Assembly: GCF_009914755.1 (NCBI RefSeq)
Contig: NC_060930.1
DNA length: 64,000 nt
Source of the DNA: the human T2T-CHM13v2.0 reference genome, Homo sapiens
Reading direction: 5' to 3' (one strand)
Made by a program: the position numbers and the translations under genes. Shown piece after piece: positions 57,564 through 64,000 of the stretch. Within the stretch, counting starts at the first letter, position 1. Every line of letters starts with the position of its first letter. Below the pieces are notes generated by a model. The model saw only the letters and a list, made by a program, of their open reading frames with translations, was not told where the DNA came from and did no database searches.

Positions 57564-58919
57564 ACTTACAAGGCATAGCCATATTTTGCCATCTTCCATG
57601 ATCAAGAATAACTGACTATTCCTCATGCATGTAAGAGTAATTCTTATTTTCAAATTGCATTAATTGTGCTGGTATAGTGCCTCATATAAAGTAGGTACTC
57701 AATAAATATTTGTAAATTGAATAAATGTTTATGCTTAAAGAAATCTTAAAGCTTCCTGCCAAAATCTTTAAAAATGTACGTTTTAGAAGGGCTTTGAGTT
57801 AAACATCCTCTGTATTTTCTTGATATTAAGACCCAGTGTCAGGATTCCCCACAGTGGCATTACCCATGGACCTGTGATCTAAACTCTGAAACCATTTTAA
57901 TATGTAGTATATTATAAGAGTAGGAAAAGCACTTAATTGCAATTACGTATTGTTCTGTCTAAAATAATTTAACTGTGTGCTAGAAGAGTGAGCCCTTTAG
58001 TCAAGTGCTTATGACTTATCTTGGTAACTTATTTACTTTACCTTTTTACTTGAAGTTGTTAAACAATTCAGTGGCTACTTAACATTTCCTTAAATTTACT
58101 CTGAGAGAAAATAAGGAACCCAAGTCATTTAATTTACTTGTTTGTTAGTACCTTGTCAGAGACTTTAATAGTACGGAAAGAAATTTGGGATAATTTTTTT
58201 CACGAATTTTCAATTTTTGTGTTGTTCACTTTAGAAATTTTCTTTCATTTAAAGTTTTCTCTCTCCTTGCAAGGCCTACTTTACTATATATGACATAGAA
58301 AAGGGTGCAGGAATTTCTATCCTTTTCTATGTGGTGATTCTTGCCTGCCTGGGCAGCTTATGAGACAGATTGGATTTAGCTCAACCCTGGAATGTGTGTT
58401 ACAGTGTGGTGGGTTTTGGCAAGTCACTTGTGGTTTAGAGGGACTCTATGACGTGGGCTGGGAACTTTGGTCTTTTCTTTTGGTTTGAAGTAGGTTTTTT
58501 AAAAAAGGTGTTAGACAGTTTCAGGTTCGAGACCTTGTTAATTGGTTTAACATCCCATCTGTCCTAGTCACTCTGATTCTAATATGACAGAATTGAAACA
58601 GATGCTATTTAAATCTCCATTTCTTTATTTTATTTTAGTTTTTTGTATGTGTGCATGTGTCTGATGATATTGTAGTCTTGGTCTTTCTGTATCTTTCCCT
58701 TTGACTTTTCTACAATTTCTGGTCTGGTTTCTTTGTGTTTCAGCCTTTTTCTTCTTGTCCTTATGTTTTTTCTTTTTGACTTTTTTCACTTGAGTGACAG
58801 AGTTTACCAAGTCTTATTGTTTATGTCTACCCTGATGTATCATAATAGTCAAACATTGGTCATGATAGAACTTGCTTCAGTACTTCATGATTTTTATACA
58901 GTAGAACTAAATCCATGGG

Positions 58920-59060
58920 AAGATATTTATTTACTTGTTAATTATCTTCCCATTGCAATGTAAGCTCCAAGGGCAGGGGTTCTCTTTTTTTTACGACTGT
59001 ATCCCCAGAGCCTGGAAGTGTGCTGAGTGTCTAACAGCTGTTAAAAAAAAAATGAATAGA
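58920..59060 (+). mobile_element. L2 3' end
   Basis: AATGTAAGCTCCAAGGGCAGGG..CTGTATCCCCAGAGCCT. Confidence 0.65.
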
Positions 59061-59232
59061 AATGCTTTAGTTTTCTGAGAGTTTCCCAAATTAGATATTA
59101 TTTAGGGAGAGTCTTGAAGTTCCTTTGCTCTACAGCACACCCCTGAACCTTGGCTGGTATTTGAACCGTCTAATGAAGAACAAAGTACTTTTGAGAGATT
59201 CTATTTGTAATACTGTAAGATTTTTTTTTTAA

Positions 59233-59434
59233 TAGATTGAGCATCCCTAACCCAAAAATCCAAAATCTGAAATGCTCTAAAATTCACAACATTTTGAGCA
59301 CCAATGTGATGCTCAAAGGAAATACTCATTGGAGCATTTTCAATTTTGGATTTTCCAATTAGGGATGCAAAAAAAAAATTTGAAGTCTGAACACTTCCAC
59401 TTCCAAGCATTTCAGATAAGGGATCCTCAACCTG
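59233..59434. mobile_element. Tigger4a (MER46A/Zombi) MITE
   Basis: TTGAGCATCCCTAACCCAAAAATCCAAAATCTGAAATGCTC ... GGGATCCTCAACCTG|TA. Confidence 0.88.
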
Positions 59435-59485
59435 TAGTCTCTTCCCTTTCTAGTGCTCATTGTCCCTAGACTCGATTTTACTACT

Positions 59486-59935
59486 TTATCAGTTAAGATG
59501 CTTGTTGGTTTCATTAATAGAAATCTCAGCTGAAACTCACTTAACAATAAGGACGTGGATTATGTTGCACAACAGGAAGTACAAGAAGGCTTCAGAGTGG
59601 GTTAATTGAACTCATTGTTGTCATAAGAGACCTAGGTTGGGTCTTTTTATATTTTTCTTTTGCTTTCTTGGCTTCATCCTTCAAGCTATTATTTTCTGTG
59701 ATTATTAGGACAAGGGCAGCAATTAGATCAACATTTTCCTTGTTGTATGTAATGGGAAAGAGGCTGGCATTTCTTTCCTTGAAGACCTGAGTAAGAATTT
59801 CTCTATGTTTTTATTGGGCCAAATTGGTCTCAGATTATTCTCTCCCGAGTATTGGCAAAGGCAATGGAGTTATAGCGATTAGCTTGGAGTAATCATCGAG
59901 AGTGAAATGGATGTTGGAATCAACTACAACACTTG
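59486..59935 (-). mobile_element. Old MLT1 (M/N/L-like) LTR
   Basis: TCAGTTAAGATGCTT..AATAGAAA..CTTAACAATAAGG..AACAGGAAGT..GGCTTCATCCT. Confidence 0.55.
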
Positions 59936-60176
59936 CAGAAAATCCCATATGAATTAACCTTTATAAATAAATTTCTAAAGACTGTTGATTTCCTGAGCTT
60001 CAAGTTAAAACTTCCCTGAGTAATTAGGTTTATAACCAAGAGGATGCAGGGTGAAGTCAACATTATGATAATTACTTCATTAGGGAAATCATGGCATTTA
60101 AATAAAAAAAGTAACAAGTTTCATCTTCCTAAATTTAGTAAATATTACATGCAACATTGTTTGTAGAAAGTAGGTA

Positions 60177-60476
60177 CAGTCATGTGTCCCATGATCCCGT
60201 GATGTTTCAGCCATTGAGAGCCACATACACATCTAGCTATGTTTAGAAACACAAATACTTAGCTTTGTGTTATAGTTGCCTACAGTGTTTAGTACAGTAA
60301 CATGCTGTATAGATGTGTAGCCTAGGAGCAATAGGCTACACTATATAGTCTAGGTGTGCAGTAGGCTGTACCATCTAGATTTGTGTACATACACTCTGTG
60401 ATATTCACACAGTGATGAAATTGCCTAATGACACATTTCTTAAAATGTATCCGCATCATTAAGTGACGAATGACTG
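60177..60476 (+). mobile_element. Tigger3a (MER7A) MITE
   Basis: TA|CAGTCATG ... ATGACTG|TA; shares 3' part with Tigger3b at 26650-26898. Confidence 0.88.
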
Positions 60477-61489
60477 TATGTAAAAATCAGTTAGAACTGA
60501 CTTCCCTTTAAGTCTGTTTAAACTGATAACAATCAGTAAGTTTGAATTATTTAAATAAAATGAAATCTGTGGACTAGAAAAGTGGAGGAGATAACTAGGA
60601 CATAGTGAAGCTTACTTTAAAAAATACAGAGTCAATATAAAAGGTAATGTGCATCTGTTACCTTAATTTACTGAGAAGTTTTTGATTTACTTGAACATGC
60701 AGTAATGGATTATTTTTGTTTGGCCAAGTATTTTCAGTAAATTTTAATAGGCATTTGGAAGCATTATGATATTATGGAGAAAATACTGAATCAGGAATTG
60801 GAATCCAAATTTCTGGTTCTGGTCCTACCTATTGACATGATTTCTAGTAAAACATTCAACCTCTGTAAGCCCTCATTTCTTTGTAAAATGCTTCCTTTTT
60901 AATTTTCTTAAAATGTCTATTTCTTTTCATTGATTGTAACCACTGCTTTCCTGGGAATTGAGCGACATATATCATTCCTCTAGAGGTGTGGCTTTTTAGT
61001 AGGATTAAGATTATATGTAATTAAGTTTATTTGAACAAGAAGGAACAGGTAAAAAGCAAATAAAAGTTGTGAGATAGATATCAGTTCTGTCCTCGGTGTA
61101 TACAGTGATTGTAGAGAAGAGTATTTCTGTTTTGAAATATACATGTTAATTCATTAGAAAGGAATTATTTTGTAGGTATAAACACATTACATTTTCCCAA
61201 TATTTCGAGTATGTCATTAGCCAAATATGAGATTCTAATGTTGTCTGGCATTTCGAATAGTGTCAGACTTCTACATTTGTAAATAAAAGACTGAAGCATA
61301 GATTCCTTAATCACCTGTAATATAGTAAAAAGAGTTTTGGACTTAGAGTCAGAAGACAAATTGGAATCCTGGCTCAGCTAGTTTAGAAAAAACCTTGGTA
61401 GCATGGCGGAATGATAATATGGATGCTGGAGTCAAACAGAGGCAGGAATGAGTTGGATTTCACCACTTACATTAATACATTTTGATGAA

Positions 61490-62065
61490 AGAAAGTTTGG
61501 ATACCTTTGGCCTGTATGTTGCAGAAAACAACCAGAAGTAGCATGAATCATAAGTGTGTTATCTCATAGAACAGGAAGTCTGGAAATTGGTATTTATGTG
61601 TTAATTCCATGGCTTAATGATATCTTCTGCAACACAGGAGTATTTAAACTTTTGGTTCTGTCATTCTTAGTTTGTTTGTGGTATCTTCGTTTGAGTGGTG
61701 ATATTGCTGTAATAGCAATAGTTCAAGATATTACATGCAGTCATGATGACAGCCAGTAAAGAGAGGAATTCCTCCCATTTGTCTCTTTTTAGTAGGTAGA
61801 AAACCATTCTCAAAAGCTGTAGTACACACCATTGATTCAAATTATGTCTCAAACTCAGACTAAAAGTTACTCACTAGCAAGGATAATGAAGATGCCATGA
61901 CTGACTTAGACTTTTTTTTTTAACCCCACCTTTGGATTTGGGGGTGGGGAGGCTCTTTCCTGAGCACAGCCCCTCATAGGGTAAACAACAAACAAAATCG
62001 GATCTCTGCCAGGAAGCAAATGGGGTGTGTAGGGAGAAGAACCTGAGTTGGCAAACAAAAGTGAT
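61490..62065 (-). mobile_element. MLT1K/L-like LTR
   Basis: ATCTCATAGAACAGGAAGTCTGG..GGCTTAATGATATC..ACAAAATCGGATCTCTGCCAGGAAG. Confidence 0.55.
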
Positions 62066-62407
62066 GAGCTAATCATCTTGAGTAGAGGCCAGTAGGAGAT
62101 GCACAGAAACCAAGAGAGAGTGGTAACAGAATACAACAGTCTGTGCTCGGGGCAGTATGCAGGGTGCTACAGGAGAATGTATGAGAAAACCTGAATCCAA
62201 AGTTGCAATGGTCAGGAAAGACTTTTCTGGAGGAAATGACAGCTTAGTTATCACCTAAGGGATTAGTGGAAACCAGACAGGAATTAGTCATGAGCAGCAT
62301 ACCCTTCTTCTGTATCTATAAGAGCACAAAACTTAGCCATGATGGTGTTTCAGGACTATTTTAAGGAAAGTTTTAGGACAAATGTTGGCTTCAATACCTA
62401 ATCAGTG

Positions 62408-62480
62408 TGCTTGATGTGTTAGAAAAAAAAAAAAGAAGTGAAATGAAAAGAAAAGAAAATTTAAAAAAAGAAAAGAAAAA
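62408..62480 (+). mobile_element. Extremely truncated poly(A) retroinsertion
   Basis: 15-nt body plus ~58-nt A-rich tail between TSD-like AATACCTAATCAGTG / AACACCTAATCAGAG. Confidence 0.6.
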
Positions 62481-62573
62481 AACACCTAATCAGAGGTAAG
62501 CACCATTATCTGTATGTATAACAACTAATGTTCAAAATGATTGTTGTTTTTCAAGAAAAAGTTATATAACTTT

Positions 62574-62857
62574 TTTTTTTGAGATGGAGTCTCACTCTGT
62601 CGCCCATGCTGGAGCGCAATGGCACAATCTCGGCTCACTGCAACCTCCACCTCCTGGGATCAAGTCGTTCTCCTGCCTCAGCCTCTGAAGTAGCTGGGAT
62701 TACAGGCACCCGCCACCATGCCCAGCTAAGTTTTTGTATTTTTAGTAGAGGGTTTCACCATGTTGGCCAGGCTGGTCTTGAACTCCTGACCTCGTGATCC
62801 ACCTGCCTCACCCTCCCAAAGTGCTGGGATTACAGGCCTGAGCCATCATGCCTGGCC
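62574..62857 (-). mobile_element. AluSg-like
   Basis: GACCTCGTGATCC; TSD TATATAACTTT at 62563-62573 and 62858-62868. Confidence 0.92.
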
Positions 62858-64000
62858 TATATAACTTTAAAAATGCTGTATATTACAGTATGAAACACTC
62901 TCTTTTAATCTTTGTAAGATTCTAAGATTCAAAGGACTTGTGATCATGTAGTTCTTACTTCTGTGAAAAGCAATCATTACTTACTTGATGCCTGTAATGA
63001 GAAGTGTTTATTAGAACAAAAACTAGGATGACTTTAATTATTTCAAGAAGCACAGGTAAGAGACTTTACCCTCTGATGTTAATGCAAAGCATATACCTGG
63101 AATCGACATTCTGCCATATCTTTACTTGCATCCTTTAAAGCTGTTTCTTAAGTTTTGATTGAATTAATTAATTTAGAAAAGAGCTTACACTAACAAGGGT
63201 TTTTTTCTTCTAATGAATCAGGAGTGAGTTTGCATGTTTTGCTCTCCACTGCCATTTTTATATGTTTTGTTTCTCTTTAAATAATACTCGTATCTTAATT
63301 ATTTAAAAATGATACCACATCCTAAGAGTACATGATGTAAATCATTCTTAGTTCCTAATACTTACTCTCCACTCTCCAAAGACATAGACATCATATTAGG
63401 AGACTGATATTCTTTTTTCATATTACTTGGATAATTCATTGCCCCATATATTCATGGAGAATAATTGCAAGGCAAACCAACAGATATTTCAGGTAACCCA
63501 GAAAAAGGATATGGTAAGCACATTTGCAAAGAAATACTTGATGAACTAGAATTCATACACTGTACAATGAAAATAAAGATTTTTATGATCGATTTTGACT
63601 TAAAATTTTTCTTTTTTTTCTTGTTAAAAACAAAACAACATCTAAGCTCAAGAAATATAATACTTAACAATTGACATAGAAAAGTCAGACAAGTTCTTTA
63701 TTTATAGAGCTTTCTAAATACCTTATCACAAGTTACCACAAGATAAATGTGTATGAAAAATTAGAGCCACCTACCTGTTTTGGTTTTTGTAAAAATCAAA
63801 TGTGAGACATATACTTTATTCACTCTATTAAAATACATCAGTGATGCTAACTTTGATCATATTTGGACTTTTAAACAAACTATTTTATCCTTAAAAAAAG
63901 AAAACATAAATGCAAGCAAAATGATTTCTTATGACACTTTTTAAAAATGAAAAATGCTTTTGTCAAGATAGACTTATACTTAAGAAATAAAGAAAAAGCA

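Noticed and set aside
63300-64000. A-rich end of the window reversing the strand skew, suggesting a gene boundary
   Set aside because: More simply a decayed plus-strand L1-like fragment; no promoter or exon features

Overview
Primate (almost certainly human) intronic DNA. No credible protein-coding exon, structural RNA gene or CRISPR array was found. From memory of SNP context sequences, three stretches match the flanks of the type 2 diabetes GWAS variants rs10946398 (pos 10734), rs7754840 (pos 10950) and rs7756992 (pos 29401). That places the window in the large intron 5 of CDKAL1 (chr6p22.3, + strand) on the non-risk haplotype (A, G, A); the identification should be confirmed by BLAT. The + strand is visibly T-rich and most L1/Alu copies are antisense, as expected inside a + strand gene. 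More than half of the window is interspersed repeat: L1PA/MA/MB/MC/ME, L2, MIR, Alu/FAM, MaLR and ERV solo LTRs, and hAT and Tigger MITEs, often deeply nested. The long ORFs examined are repeat-derived. The most unusual items are a perfect 20-bp hairpin in unique DNA (49304-49353), a TSD-flanked orphan retrocopy with its own ATTAAA and poly(A) (19416-19612), a 65-bp locally templated insertion inside an Alu linker (44020-44084, copied from 42195-42259), three FAM fossil Alu monomers within 15 kb, two L1s with displaced 5'-junction segments, and several repeat-free candidate enhancer islands. I found no evidence for a new multi-gene system. Subfamily names are by eye and boundaries of old repeats are approximate.
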